The position numbers were made by a program, and so were the translations under genes. A stretch of DNA of 64,000 nt from Marsupella aquatica. Lineage: Eukaryota; Plantae; Marchantiophyta. The stretch lies in contig OZ316894.1 of NCBI GenBank assembly GCA_973895155.1, positions 557,968 to 621,967 on the forward strand, in the 5' to 3' direction. The notes under the pieces were generated by a model. That model was not told the origin of the DNA. It did no database searches and saw only the letters and a list, made by a program, of their open reading frames with translations. Below are positions 25,201 to 38,097 of this stretch, one piece after another; the first letter of the stretch is position 1; each line of letters begins with the position of its first letter.

Positions 25201-26195
25201 AAGCAAGAGAATGAACCCTAAGTCCAGCTCCTCAAGATGGACAACGACAGACTCCGTAGACAACGGGATGGCCGCTCCCACTCGGACGGCTCTGGCAAGC
25301 GCACCAGGCATTAGCGGAGGGTAGGGATTAGAATAGAACTAGGAGTAGCTAAAATAGGCTATTAGGACAAGTGCCGGCCAGAAGATAGCGGCGCTGACAC
25401 ATTAGCCAGCCTGTGTAGAATAGGTTAGACTAATAGGACAAGCCGTAACCAGCTTAGCAAGGATATAAGTTAGCATAGATTCGGGCACGAGGCCAGGCTG
25501 GTCCTCAACCCTTAGTATTTAGCATCCCCCCGGTAGAGGCATGCAGGGGGGATTTTAGACTCAGAAGTTGGCCATTCGCGGTACGCGTGGGGAGTCCCGA
25601 ACTCGATGAAGTGCCAGAGTGCCAAGGGGAGGATATACGACTAAGCTTGCTGGGCAAGTGTGGAGCCGGGCTCCGTTGTAGTGTATACTCCTTGGCCTTG
25701 GCCCGTTCATTCACGAGGTGTCGGGTCAACCAATCATAAGTGTATGATCATATATGAATGAAATCCTTTCCCCTCAATTCCTTCATGTAAATCGAGATTT
25801 ATGGTTATGTATGAATGCATGTATGAGTCTCGTGTGCAAGTATCAATGTCGGGCCAAACACGTTATGCCAAGCGTGCACGGGGTGTAGGTTACGGGTACG
25901 GGGTTGCGAGCCAGGGTTGAGCACTTGTACTAATGGATCCGGATCGAAGGCGGTAACACGAAGGCTTAGAAGTCCGTAAGCCGGGATTGAACCCTTTTCG
26001 ACTAAGGTACATTCCGGCGACGGAACACAAACCATACCTAGGAGGTGTCCGTACATAACATTAGGCGTACTTAGCGCTAGTTTACGTGAGTTAGGTGTAT
26101 TCTGTGCTTCCCTCCCTGCCCGAACCCTCATGTTTACGAAGGATGTGCCTGTCTAAGCCAAAGCCCGGGTTAAGGCCTAGGCTGACGACGTGACA
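22245..26195 (+). repeat. Family B 3' LTR (3951 bp; divergent subfamily)
   Basis: Same termini as and colinear with the four solo B LTRs; its right flank (GTATG...) is family A LTR sequence. Confidence 0.92.
22696..25314 (+). pseudogene. LTR-B-encoded protein, frameshifted copy
   Basis: ORF pieces 22958-23635, 23412-23828, 23825-24070, 24006-24335, 24251-24784 and 24583-25221 match the 874-aa protein. Confidence 0.88.
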
Positions 26196-26637
26196 GTATG
26201 TTTGGATTCCGCCACCGGAATGATCCCCAATTGGCTTGGGTTAGCCGCTAAGACCTCTCTCAGCTCGACACATCCAACTCTTACTACCTTGCTTACTTCC
26301 CTTCTCTCTTGGTTGATGTGGGCAATCTTCAAACAAGTTAATGCGACACAAAAATAGCAAAAAGACTCCTTCTGACTGAGTTATACCATGCACTTGCCAT
26401 ACAAACAGTACTTCTCATACATAAGATCTGCGAACTAAGCCGTGAGGCCAACTCTATTAAGCTCTTAGGCATGAGGAAACATGAATATACACAAGGGTCA
26501 CTGTATAACTAACCGAGACCTTCTTTTACTACTTGATCCCAGCCTTGCTGGTGCACTAAAAACTTGCTAAAGAAGAAGGCCCTGAACTCCCCGTTGCCCA
26601 GGTACTTATCTTGGCAGTGGATCCGCCTAATTCCTTG
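26196..26637 (-). mobile_element. Truncated family A LTR fragment
   Basis: Colinear with 8923-9363; ends abruptly at TTCCTTG (26637). Confidence 0.88.
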
Positions 26638-27125
26638 ATCAGCCTATTCATTAAAAGTGTATTTTCTTTTGTTCACAAATCAGTCTTGAAATGTACACTT
26701 TCATGTCCCCAAATGTACACTTTTTGGTCCCTAAATGTACACTTTATAGGCCAAATCATATTAGTATTATATTAATAAATAATACATATTATATCATTTA
26801 TTGATTCACAAAGAATAATAGGATAGAGATCATTATTTATTAATTCACAAAGAATAGTAGGATAGAGATCATACTTATAAAAACATTTCAGCACAAAGAA
26901 ACCCTTGAATATGTGTGAACAAAATGACATAACTCCAAATAGATTATAAAATTATAATATACAATTATCTCCAAATTTACAATGTATTTCTTCTATCTAA
27001 GGGGCTTAACATGAGTCAGATCTCTAAACAAAGTGTTCCTTACAATGTGTATTTGAGCACGTGCCCTTGTCTCCTTTACTATCTACCCTAGTGTCATAGT
27101 TGCAAGTCCCTTTATCTTCAGGGAG

Positions 27126-28054
27126 CTAAAACTTGGTGGTGTTGTTCCTAATGGCTATAATCTCCCGCAAAAAGTGTCTGGGATTTTCTCTATGCGGACC
27201 TGAATAGTCCCTTCCTACAAATTCTTTAGCAAGTGACGTGACAAGTGCATCGTCAAGTTCTGCCTCAGGACGTAAACTACATATACGATGCTTCACGTTC
27301 CAAGGAATCTCATTGCTATTGAGGTCCAACACACTATGCGTAAACTATGACTTCCAAATTTTTGTTGCACATCTCTTACTAAGTTGATCATAAGTAATTT
27401 CATTTTTTACCTTGTCTCTTTTTATGTGCAATAGAGACCACAGTGGAGAGTTAAGAAGAAGATAACATCTAATGTCACTTGCATGGGATAGTTTCTCAAG
27501 ACAAGGCCAAAGAATTGTTAGAAGAAAATTATCTCCACCATTGGTATGCGTGTAGGGCACTAGAAATAGTCCGGTCATGCTTGGGTTGGCAAATGCCTTA
27601 AGGGGGGAGTCATCCACAAGGAGGGTGTTGGTTTCATCATATAGATTTCCAAATCCACTCCATACCACCGAAAATCCTTCAGTAGCACATTTGCCTTTCC
27701 GTTTGTAATGTCACGCCTTTGAATGCCTGTGTCAAAGGTTTCCACCTGTGTGAATACAAACTTAAGTTTCAACCGCTCCTCAACAATGAACATCATGTTC
27801 AGCATTTTCACTGTTCCATGTACCCCAGCACATGTCCAAATTGCAACGTCAAATTGGTCAAAAACCAACTTTAGAAACTCATGGAGCCCTGGCCTTTCTG
27901 TGTACATGCGACTAATTCCATTTTAACTATCCCAATGCACTCCACTTGGGGTCACAACATTTCTGGATTTGCCCTTGCTTTGGAATTCAACTGAATCCCA
28001 AAGTATTTTGTTAAGATCCAAAATCAGCAATTTGCGCTGTCATGAGGTTTCCAT
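27126..28054 (-). pseudogene. FCP1/NIF-family HAD phosphatase-like pseudogene
   Basis: KLLILDLNKILWD (motif I variant), ERPGLHEFLKLVFDQFDVAIWTCA and NTLLVDDSPLKAFANP; stops and frameshifts present. Confidence 0.8.
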
Positions 28055-31000
28055 CCTAAAGGAGGAATCCTCATGTTTTGTGAAGGAAGTTGAAACCAAT
28101 TTTTGCTTCTAACGTGGGCAAGTTGACTTGACTTGAGCTAACTTGACCAAGGGGAAGGAGGAAGTAGAGTTATGAGGGTCAAGGTAGGGATGAGGTCGAG
28201 CCTACCCACCCTTGTTACTATTGTGGGGTATGTTTTTCATTTGTGACCAGCAATTAAGTTATCATTTGGCGGATTGGCGGAATGGAGGTTGCTTGCTCAA
28301 CAAGCAAGGTATTTAGGGTTTTGGCAACATGGTGACCAGGTTCATTGAATACATGGAGGAGGTGACCAGGTTCAAGGCATGTAAGAGGGTTTGGTCCAAG
28401 TGCATCAGTTTTGTGAGATATGGGCCAGATTCCTAGTTTTGTGAAATAAGGACTAGATTCATTGAACCTACATCAACGGTGGATCTTGGTTGAGTCAATG
28501 GATGAATGGATAGGATTGAGGATGAGGACGTGCCTTAGGGTTTGGAGGAGGTCGAGGTTTTTTCGAAAGTGCGAAGCCTCATTTGGTTACAAAGTTACAA
28601 AGGATGGTATTTTGGCTCATTTTTTACCCTTAGATCTTTTTGATGGATGATCAAGGGCTGAAAATTGTCGAGGACTTAAACCATAAGTGGAGGGCTCGTG
28701 CCTTGCCCCAGGCCTTCCCACGAGAGTTCTAAAGAGGAGAGTTCAAAGGGCAAGGGCTCTCTCACACCGTGATGCTGCTAAAGTGCTGCCGCTTTTGGCA
28801 GTTTTGGAGTCTTTGAGTAAGTTTCAAATAGGTAGGAGCGAACCTCTTGAGGGGAGCTCGAGCATGAGGCATGAGTGAAGGGGGATCCCTCCTCCTTGGC
28901 CATGGCCTTAGGATTTTGAGGGTAGGAGATGTAGAGGCAATTTTGTGAAGAGATAGACGGAGTAGAAGCTTTGAATGTGAAGAGATTGAGTTTTGTGACG
29001 GTTTTTCTAGGGATTTGGAGAGAGGTTTTGAATGTAGGAGAGGCTGACTTGAAGCCTTAGGAAGGAGGTAGGATGTGAGTAGGAAGTATAAGGAGCTTGT
29101 GTGATGCCTAGCCAGGAATCACTGGGCTAGTTTAAAGTGGAAAAGGGAAGTGTACCCTAGAAACACCTTAGTATAGTTACAAAAATGAGGAAAATATAAA
29201 CAATTAAGGGTGACTATGGAACCCAAGCCAAGGCCGGAAGTAAGGATGCCAGGGGAGAGAACATGATTAGGGTTAGGGCACGCTAAGTGCCGGCGGCTAG
29301 GGGTCACCAACGGGAAAGAAAAGTCGAGGAGGAGAGGGGTAAGGACCGCTCGCGAGGAATTGTGGCTCATTTGCAGGCACGAATTGGGCAGACGACTACG
29401 GGCGGCCAACTACTATCAACTACTTAAGCAAGCACGCAGGGTGGGAGTAGATACCAGCTATCAAACTCAATTAGGGTATGAGCAACGTCAATCAAGCGGC
29501 ACATTTTTGGGGATGCCTGTTCGAACGGGCAACTGAGTACATTGGTACTTACAAGGACGAAGAGTCAGAGAGAGCAGCTCGAGAACGGCAGGAGCTCGCT
29601 CGATTGTGGGAGCTGCAGAAAGCTGCCTTCTTAGGAGGAGAACTCATCAAGGCCGAATTCTTGTGGACTCCTACTACCAATCAACTCGACGACCTTCTGT
29701 TTTGTGAAGACAGAGTCGTCGGCATCCGTGAAGCCATCAAACGCTGTAACCACCTACACTGGGAATTGAAGGGTAGCACGGAGGGGTGGACAAAGGCAAC
29801 CGTGCTCGGAGAGACATCCACGGCAGCCGAGATGAAGAGGAAGGGAAATAACCACGACGAGGCCACCCCAGCAAAAAGAACGAGGTCGGCGGCACCAAAG
29901 AAACCAGCCGAACAACAGAGCAGGAGGAGATCGACCCCATCAACGCCGTTCCAACGAGAGATGACACCTGGAAAGGCTGGGCGGCGATCCTCCCCGAGGA
30001 GGTCCAATTACACTTTGCTAGGGAGGAGGATGCATGCTTTACGGCTATGCAGACTCGGAAGTATCAGGGCTTCATGGCCGGATCCGGCTTGGAAGCCTTC
30101 GTAAGGTTACCGTGGCTGAAGCCGGAGGTGCCGAATTCAGACTTACTTGAATTCGTGGGATCATGGGAGTCCGAGACCAATTCCACAAGGGTGTATGGGA
30201 AGGATTTCTATCTCACTCCCCAGGTGATTGCCGAAGTGTTTGGGTTGCCAATGGGCAATAAGACCAAGGTAGATACCAGGAAGACCTTGCCAGACACGGA
30301 GTTCAGGTCGTTTCCAGGGCCTTCAACGAAGAATGGCTTCTTTCGTAGCACTTGCACCAACCCGCATATAGGAGAGATGATCGATTTCTTGCGGATAACC
30401 ATGCATTGCAACTGGCCGAGAGCAGAGATCAGCAAGGCACAGGTCTATCTGGCAGAGAGGCCAGACCCAAGCCGGGACTACAACGGTTACCTCCTCACTC
30501 AACTAAAGAAGATCTTGAAGGAGGAACAGCTGGTGATCGGCAAGGGAAGCGTGTCCCGGCTTGGTTATCACATGCCGCTATTGTGCCAGTATGCCCGGAG
30601 TAAGACCTTTGCCCCAGTACTTCCCCTACAGGCAAGGGCACCAGAGGAGGTTCCGGAACAGAGGCCGGCAACGGAGAAACCCAACCCGCCCGACAGTCCT
30701 ACAATTGAGCAGGTGTTTAGGCCGAGGACGGAGGACTTGCCGATGCAGCAACCAGGCATGCAGAATCTCCTGAAACTGCTGGAGAAAGAAAAGAGAACGG
30801 CTACGGCATCGGCAACAACAACAACAACAACAACGGCAACGGCAACAATGCAGGACACTGCTCAAGAGGTAGGCCTAAACCGGCTTACAAGGGAAAACCC
30901 CTTTACTGGAGTCAAGGAGAGAAAGAGGCCGGAACACGAGCCGGGAGTTCGGATGTATGTAGGAGCCTCTAGTCCCGAAGCCGAAGAGAAGCAGGCCGTA

Positions 31001-31265
31001 GCTCCCGGCCACGACAAGAAGAACAGGAGATCAACACGGAAGCCGGAGGAGGAACCAAGACCGGCAAGTGGTGAAGCCGTGTTCACGACAAAGCCAGGAG
31101 AACAGCAGGAGAAGCCGGTAGTCCAAGCCGAAGAGGAGGCGGTGGAGGACTACACCAATGATAACTCCGGCTACGGGTCGGATCATCATGTTCCAGGAGT
31201 AAGGACCTGTGGTCGGTTCATCCCCACGCTCCCAAGAGTAGTCCGAGGAGACCCAAGCCAGCAGA

Positions 31266-34200
31266 TGTGACGCCGCCGGTACGGCGGTTAATGAGTGATT
31301 CAGTCTAACTGCGCTCGGCACGCGCGTTAGGTGGGTCTTAGGCCGCTATTATTAGCATAACGACAGTATTTAGGTAATCATTAGGGGTAGGACATCATTA
31401 GGCAATAAGGGGGACTTCAGGTTCGGGCTGGCGGCGGGTCGCTATTCGCACACCCGGGTTATGAGCATGGAGGGGCCCCTCCCTCGGGTCCGTATAACGA
31501 ACTTAAGGAAGCGGCCACTGACGCACGCTGACTCAGACCGGCGGAGTGGCCGGTACACCACAAGCGTGAGCGGTTCAACCTATGGGCGTCGAGGAGACGT
31601 CGGGGATCGACAAGCCCTCAAAGTATAAAAGGGGAGCCAACCCTTTGTAGTGCACCAGTCCATCAGTCCGCGCGCCAGCTTCGACCCCAGCTCTCTCGTT
31701 CTCTCTAGGTCGCCACTACTATCTCCTCTGAATGTCGCACACGATCCTCTCCAGCTCGGCCATTCGATTCTGGACGCAGTTCCTATCTACCGGAAGGCAC
31801 TTGGCCGATTCATTGAAACACGCCAACCCGCGCCGATACGAGATCGAACGCGAATACGAGAGAGCCATCCGCCTAGCAGGACGACACCACTACGTCCTTA
31901 ACTTTGACTACCCGTCTTAGAGCGAGCTTTACCGACCAGCTGAGGTATCTGGGTACTTCTTTGACGGAGACAAATATATCGGGTTCTGGGAAGCATTGCT
32001 TCGGCTTCCGGACGAGGTCTTCAATATCCCGGGTACAATCGACCTGCAGCGACATCACTTCGACCACATCCCTGCCCAGGTTCGGGCAGTCATTAACGGC
32101 GAGTCCAGTACCAACCGTTCGACAAGGGCGTCCGCACTCGCTTCGGAGAACTTCTACCAGCACCTACAGAGCTTCATGGGAACTCGACCATCAACCAACA
32201 TGACCAACTCAGCCGGACCCGTACCCGTACCCGTACCCGTGCCCATGCAACCTCAGCTTCAGCTTCAGCCTCAGCCGCAGCCTAGCCAAACCCCACCACC
32301 TATCACCCAGCCAGCACAGGTACGCTCCGTCATCAACGCTGTGGATCTTAGCGATGACGACGAGGCTACCCCACCCTTGACCAGGCGGCCCAGAGGAACA
32401 AGCGCTCGGGGGGCCGACACTATATCGTCCCCACCCCCTGCTCTGACCCCAGGAGCGGCCCCAGCAGACAACATGGTGACCGTGGCCGCCCCGGGCCCGT
32501 TACCAACCGCAGTGGCACTCCCCAGGCCCGATCGGGAGGATGGGGAAGTATCACCTTCCCCGAGTCAGTCACGGGGAAAGAAGAGGAAGGAATCCGCCAG
32601 TGCATCCGGGTTACCGTTGGCCACGGTAGCCGTAGCCAAGGTAACGATGCATCGCATGGGGGAAAACGTTCACAGCAACATCCTCCATCCCAAGCATGCG
32701 GTGTACCTGAAGACTCAGGGATTTGAGCACCTCGCCTCTCTCCCCTGGAACACTTGCAGGTACTACGGGGAGGACATGACAGAATTCGTCAAGAATTATG
32801 ACGACGTACGTCAACAGACTCGGCTGCGGGGAAGGAATATGTCCCTCACAGAAGAACGGCTCAAGATGATCTTCGGGTTACCCGAAGGTGACCATCGAGT
32901 CGAATCACGGGCTCCCGGGGGCAAGGGGGCCAAGTACCAATCTTCAAGTTTTCCCTCAGAGGGATCAGTAGACAACGGGTTCGTGATGAGGACCTGCCTC
33001 ATGCCCGAGATAGCTGAGCGGCTGGAGTTCCAGAGGTACGCTCTCCACATGATGGAACCCCGGGGGGAGATCTCCGCCGCCCAGGTCATCCAGGTCGAGA
33101 ACTATCGACCTAGGAAGTGGGCGTCGTACTTCGCTAAGAAATTCCATGAAGAGATGGAGCGGCGAAGGAAGACGCTGTACATTGGCGGGAAGGCGTATTT
33201 CGCTAGCCACATCGAAATCATTCTTGAGTGGTACGCCCGGTTTGATCGACGAACCCTTCCCCGCATCAACGTTACAAAGCTGGTCCCAGCTAGGTGGGTT
33301 TTTCCGGCATTGGAGAGACGGCCCCAACCCGAGGCCCGAAGTCCAGTGGACACGCCAGCTTCACCCACCCCACCTCCACAAATAGTTGTAATCGTAACCG
33401 AGGAGGCGCCGAAGGGGTCGGTCGTCGCAACCGTTGATGCGACCCAACTAGCCGGGCTAAGTACAGAAGTTGGTACGGCAGAGGTCTTACCCGAACCCGG
33501 GTCTCCCAAGGACCCGCCGGTGGCAATTCCGGAGAACCGGACATCGCTGCAGGAGGATACTCCGGCCCCTTCCAACGTTATGTCCCCAGGGCTGGACGTC
33601 ACTGCCCCGGCCCCTGCGCGTGTTGATGTCTGCCCGTGCCCAAATCCGGACAGGCACAACTTGGACCACCCGGAACTCTTCGTACAGGGTACGTTTCTGA
33701 ACGGGCTTCTGGGAGATTTCTCTCATCAAATTGCCCGGGATACCGGGGAGTTCATGGCTCGGAAGGTAGCCTGTTTCTTCAATCAGGAGTTGGTTGCCGC
33801 CGTAAAGGCAGGGCGGGCCCAGTCGGAGGCCCTTCAGAGGATAGAGCGGTACCGGGTGGAGTCCGTGTACCTAAAGAACGAAGTGGCGGCTCAAGAGGCT
33901 GAGCTTCTGCAACTACGACCCAAGGTTGCAGCCGCCGATGAGTTGTTAGCAAAGGCGTACGCTCTTACCGCCCTAGCCGAACAGGCCAAAGCTGGGAACG
34001 AGGCCGAGATTACACGACTCCGGAACCAGATTGACAGTTTGAAGAAACAAGTTGTCACCTGGCAGAAAGACCTGGAGGAGGCCGAGGAGCGAGCCCAGCG
34101 GGACGCGACGGAGATAGCCACGCTGCAGGCCGAGATGGCGTGGCTCCAAACCGAGGCCGAGAAGAAGGACCAGCTGGCGAGTAAACTGGCGAGCGACGCC

Positions 34201-35272
34201 CAGCAGCTGGAGGAGGCATGTCAGGAGGCAGCAGAGGAGACGGACGCGGCGAGGCGAGAGAACGAATCTCTGCTGGACCAGGTCCAGCTCCTCAAAGCGG
34301 ACAATGACAGGCTTCGAAGGCAGCGGGATGGCCGTTCCCATTCGGGCGGCTCTGGCAAGCGTGCCAGGCATTAGCGGCGGAGTAGGAATAGATTAGGATT
34401 AGGATTGGCTTAGTCAGGCTCTTGGGACAGGCACCTGCCTTAGGTACGGCAGCGCTGCCCTGCTGTCCAGCCTGCGTAGATTAGGATCTTCTAATAAGAC
34501 ACAGCCGTTTTCCGGCCTGACTGTCAGCTTAGTTAGGACCTTGGTCAGCGAATCTTTGGCGGGAGGACACCCCGTTCCTCGGCTCTTAGTATTTAGTGCA
34601 CCCCTCGGTAGAGGCAGGGGGGTTTTTAGTTTCAGAGTCGGACATCCGCGGGACATGCGGGGAGTCCCGACCTCTGGGAATGACAGAGTACCAAGGGGAG
34701 GGGGTAGGACTAAGCTTGCCGGGCGAGTGCGGAGCCGGGCTCCGTTGTAGTGTGCACTCTTGGCCTTGAACCTGTGCATTCCAGGGCTGTCGTGTCAACT
34801 AAGTGTACGCATATGTTCCCTTTGTAGTAAAAATCCTTTCCCATCATTTTTCCTTCGTGTAAATCGAGATTGTATGCATGTGTGCGCATATGTGTGTGGG
34901 TTTCTCGTATATGGGTGGCAGCGCCGGGCCGAACGCACTACCCGAGACATGCACAGGGTGCAGCCTGCGGGTAAGTGGTTGCGAGCACGGGTTGAGGACC
35001 TGTATCATCGAATCCGGATCGAAGGCGGACAGCACGAAGGCTTAGAAGCCCTTAAGCCGGGGTCGATCCTGCTATCAACTAGGGTACGTTCCGGCGGCGG
35101 AACACAAACCATACCTAGGAGGTGTTCGTATTTAGCAGTATGCGCACTTAGCGCTAGTTTACGAGAATAAGGTGCATTACGTGCTTCCCTTCCTGCCCGA
35201 ACCCTCAGATTTACGAGGGATGTGCCCGTCTAAGCTGAAGTCTGAGTTAAGGCCGAAGCCTACGACGTGACA
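31266..35272 (+). mobile_element. Family B solo LTR (4007 bp)
   Basis: TGTGACGCC...CGTGACA; TSD GCAGA at 31261-31265 and 35273-35277. Confidence 0.96.
31732..34374 (+). pseudogene. LTR-B-encoded protein with a single premature stop (CAG>TAG at 31918-31920)
   Basis: ORFs 31732-31920 and 31996-34374 are in frame and nearly identical to 60092-62716. Confidence 0.9.
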
Positions 35273-38097
35273 GCAGAGCAGCCCCGAGTCTCCCCCGCCA
35301 GATGTCGCTCCCCCGAGCTTTGACGGCATAAAACAGACGGCGCAGGAATTTCAGGAGTGAATCAGGGAGGAAGAGGAGGCAGCCCTGGCTAGGGAGAAGG
35401 ATTTACCAGGAGGAGAATGGCCAGAGGACATCAGGCGGCTTGCAGAAAAATGAAGCAGCCCGCCAGCCACAATAGAAGAGATCCGCAAGGCGGCTTGGGA
35501 ACAAAGGCCGCGGTGGATGATGCCGATGACTGCTACTTCCTCCACCTACGCTAAAAATAGAGCCATGGAGTACGGGGAGATGTGTGGAGAGCTGGCGCTC
35601 AGCATCTTTGGGGAGGAGGTGGAGCAGGGACCCTTTTTCCAAAGGGAGATATTGGAGAAGCGCCAATTAGAAGAAGCGGTGGCTTTGGAAAGAAGCAAGA
35701 AGGACGAGGTCATCCGTCGGCTTAGGGAAAGGGAAGCCAAAATCAAGGATCTGAGGGCGGCCAAGAAAGCCCAAGATGAGCTGCGGATTAAGCGGCATGA
35801 GCTAAATATCATGCAGGGCCAGTTGGATACCGCACAGTCAGACAACCGGATTATCGAGAATAAACTGACTCGGACCTTAGATGAGTTGGCCGATGCGATC
35901 AAGGAGCGGGAGAAGTGGAAGCGAGAGCTGAGGAATGCAGAGGAGGCCCACATAACAGCCAACAACCGGGCCATGACGGAGACCCAAAGAAAGGAATGGG
36001 CGTTGAAGGGGGAGCTCGAGAAAATCCGCGGAGCCCTTGAGCAGAAGAAGGCCGAGTTAGGGAAATCCTATCAAGGGATTATTGCGCTATAGCAGGAGCT
36101 TGCGTCCCTGACGGCCAGCTTCAAGGCCGACCTACGGGAGAAGGACAATATGCTCGATCAGACTTACGCCAAGATGAACCAGATGGAGTCTGTCATCATT
36201 GCAGAGCTTGACAAGGAGTTAAGAGCAACCTGGGAGGAGAGAGCTGCATTTAAGAAGGAATTGGAGGAAGCCCATAGGGAGCTGGAGGAAGCCCAAAAAG
36301 AACTGGAGGAGGCGCGCAAGGACCTGGACGAAGTACAGGAGGAGTTGGAGGAAAGCACGCGGAAGCTGGAGAACTTACAGCGGCGAGCCGACAACCAAAC
36401 AGAGCGGCTGAAGAAACAAGCCGCAGTATTTAAATGCTTGGCTTCATCAGGACCAACTCCAATTGGGGCCACCAAGTTACCAGGAGTGGTACTGGCCGAA
36501 GAACAAGCCGCGCCACTTGCACCAGTGCCGGATGTAAGTGGGAAGGGGAAGGGACCAGCTGCCAAACCAGAAAAGAAGAAGAAGAAGAGTCACTTTGCTA
36601 TTTGTGTGTCGCATTAACTTGTGTGAAGAGTGCCCACATCAACTAATAGGTGACGGAAAGTAAGCAAGGGAGTGAGAGTTGGATGTGTCGAGCTGAGAGA
36701 GGTCTTAGCGGCTTAACCAAGCCTATTGGGGATCATTCCGGCGGCGGAATCCAAAAATACCTAACCAGAAGGAGGGGAAGACAAGGGAAGGCCTAGACTA
36801 GGCCAGCTACGTATCTCATGACCCGATGAAGGATCTGTCCAGTATATGTGTGTAAAATGTTAATAGTAGTAGTGGAAGGAAGTTAGCAGCGTCCCATGTC
36901 GCTAAGCCGCAAAAACGGCCTAGCCAAGCGCGAAACCTGCGGGAATCGGCTTGCTGGGGGTTTCTTGGGTTTAGGGAGCCATGGGACGCACCACAGCTTG
37001 CATGAGAGATTGCCCACAAGAAGGCATACTCGAATGTAGGTTTGTTGCTTCAAGTTTTGAGGAGAATGGACTTGTAGGAGATTTTCGAAAGCTTAGAGGA
37101 GATGAGACCTAATCTTGTTGAAGCTTGGGAGTCTTGCATTAGAGATGGCTCACTAAGAAGGCCTACTCTCTTGTAAACTCCTTGACTTGAAGCTTCGAAA
37201 GTAGATTTGGTTGATAGAAGGAAGTATGAGAGAAGGAGACTAGGGTTTTGAAGCTTGGATAGGCTATGGAGGGATTTTGAATGCTTGGTTGATGATTAGA
37301 CTTGGTGATGATTCATTTTTTCTAGGAGGGTCTTGCTTGTGACCCATGTTTTTACTTGGAGGCCATGATGCTACATGTGCCTTCTTGCTATGCATTTAGA
37401 GGAGAGGTATCCTCGTTTTTGAGATGTGTGTTGATGCCTTGCTTTGGCTATGAGTGATGGAATGGTTAGAATGAATGTCTTCATGCCATTTTTGAATGTT
37501 GTTGTGAGCTTGAAGGTGTTTTTGAAAGTAGATGGGTTGAATGAAGGTACTTTCAAAAGTAGCTATTATGCATGAGGGAAGTTGCAAGAGTAAAGAGTGA
37601 AGGCATTTTCGATTGATGGAATGGGTTGTTTGTGGATTATACTTGGTGGTTCTACTAGAGGAAGGGACTAAGGCCAATTCCATGTTTGTTAAGGAGTTTG
37701 TTGACCAACCCTAGGTCAATTTTCGAAAGTAGTTTCCCATGTTTTGAAAGTTGGATGTTTGAATGGTGCATAGAGATGCCTTGCATACCTTTGGATGTCC
37801 CACTTGTCTTAGCCACAACCAAGAGTGACCCTTAACTTGACCACATTGAATGTACACTTGAACTTGTGTACCTTAGAAGGTTGCAAGGGATTGTGTGCAA
37901 TCAAGTGTTGGAAAAGGAATGGTGACCAATTGAATGTTGGGCTTAGACTTGTGAGGATTACATTGGGAAGCTTGAACTAGTTATTTTGATTGTGATTGGA
38001 TATGAGTATGTAAATGGCTTGAGTTTCAAAAGCATGCATGCTTGCTTGCTTGTGATGATGTGGATGAAAGGAAGTCCTTAGGGTCTACTTTATCTTG

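Larger units (their letters stand above)
16145..26195 (+). mobile_element. Family B Ty3/gypsy element lacking its 5' LTR: PBS, gag-pol, PPT and 3' LTR
   Basis: PBS at 16145, gag-PR-RT-RH-INT at 16378-22170, purine tract, then LTR TGTGACGCCGCC...GACGTGACA at 22245-26195. Confidence 0.9.
29216..36587 (+). pseudogene. LTR-A-encoded protein, interrupted copy
   Basis: ORF pieces 29478-30104, 30047-31270, 35517-36092 and 36150-36617; the reading frame resumes across the B insertion (GDPSQQ|SSPESPPP). Confidence 0.82.
29100..36995 (+). mobile_element. Family A solo LTR with a nested B solo LTR and a ~0.9-kb internal deletion at ~36587
   Basis: TGTGATGCC...CGCACCACA; TSD GCTTG at 29095-29099 and 36996-37000. 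Confidence 0.94.

Noticed and set aside
26688-26746. Three AAATGTACACTTT repeats
   Set aside because: Short local repeat; no terminal structure or function can be supported from this window.
28100-29099. Short ORFs in the G/T-rich spacer (also 36996-38097 and 42073-42352)
   Set aside because: No recognisable motifs; likely non-coding flank. ORF 42073-42330 crosses an LTR junction.
29267-29279. TTAGGGTTAGGG telomere-like words in LTR-A
   Set aside because: Only two units, lying in coding sequence (LGLG).
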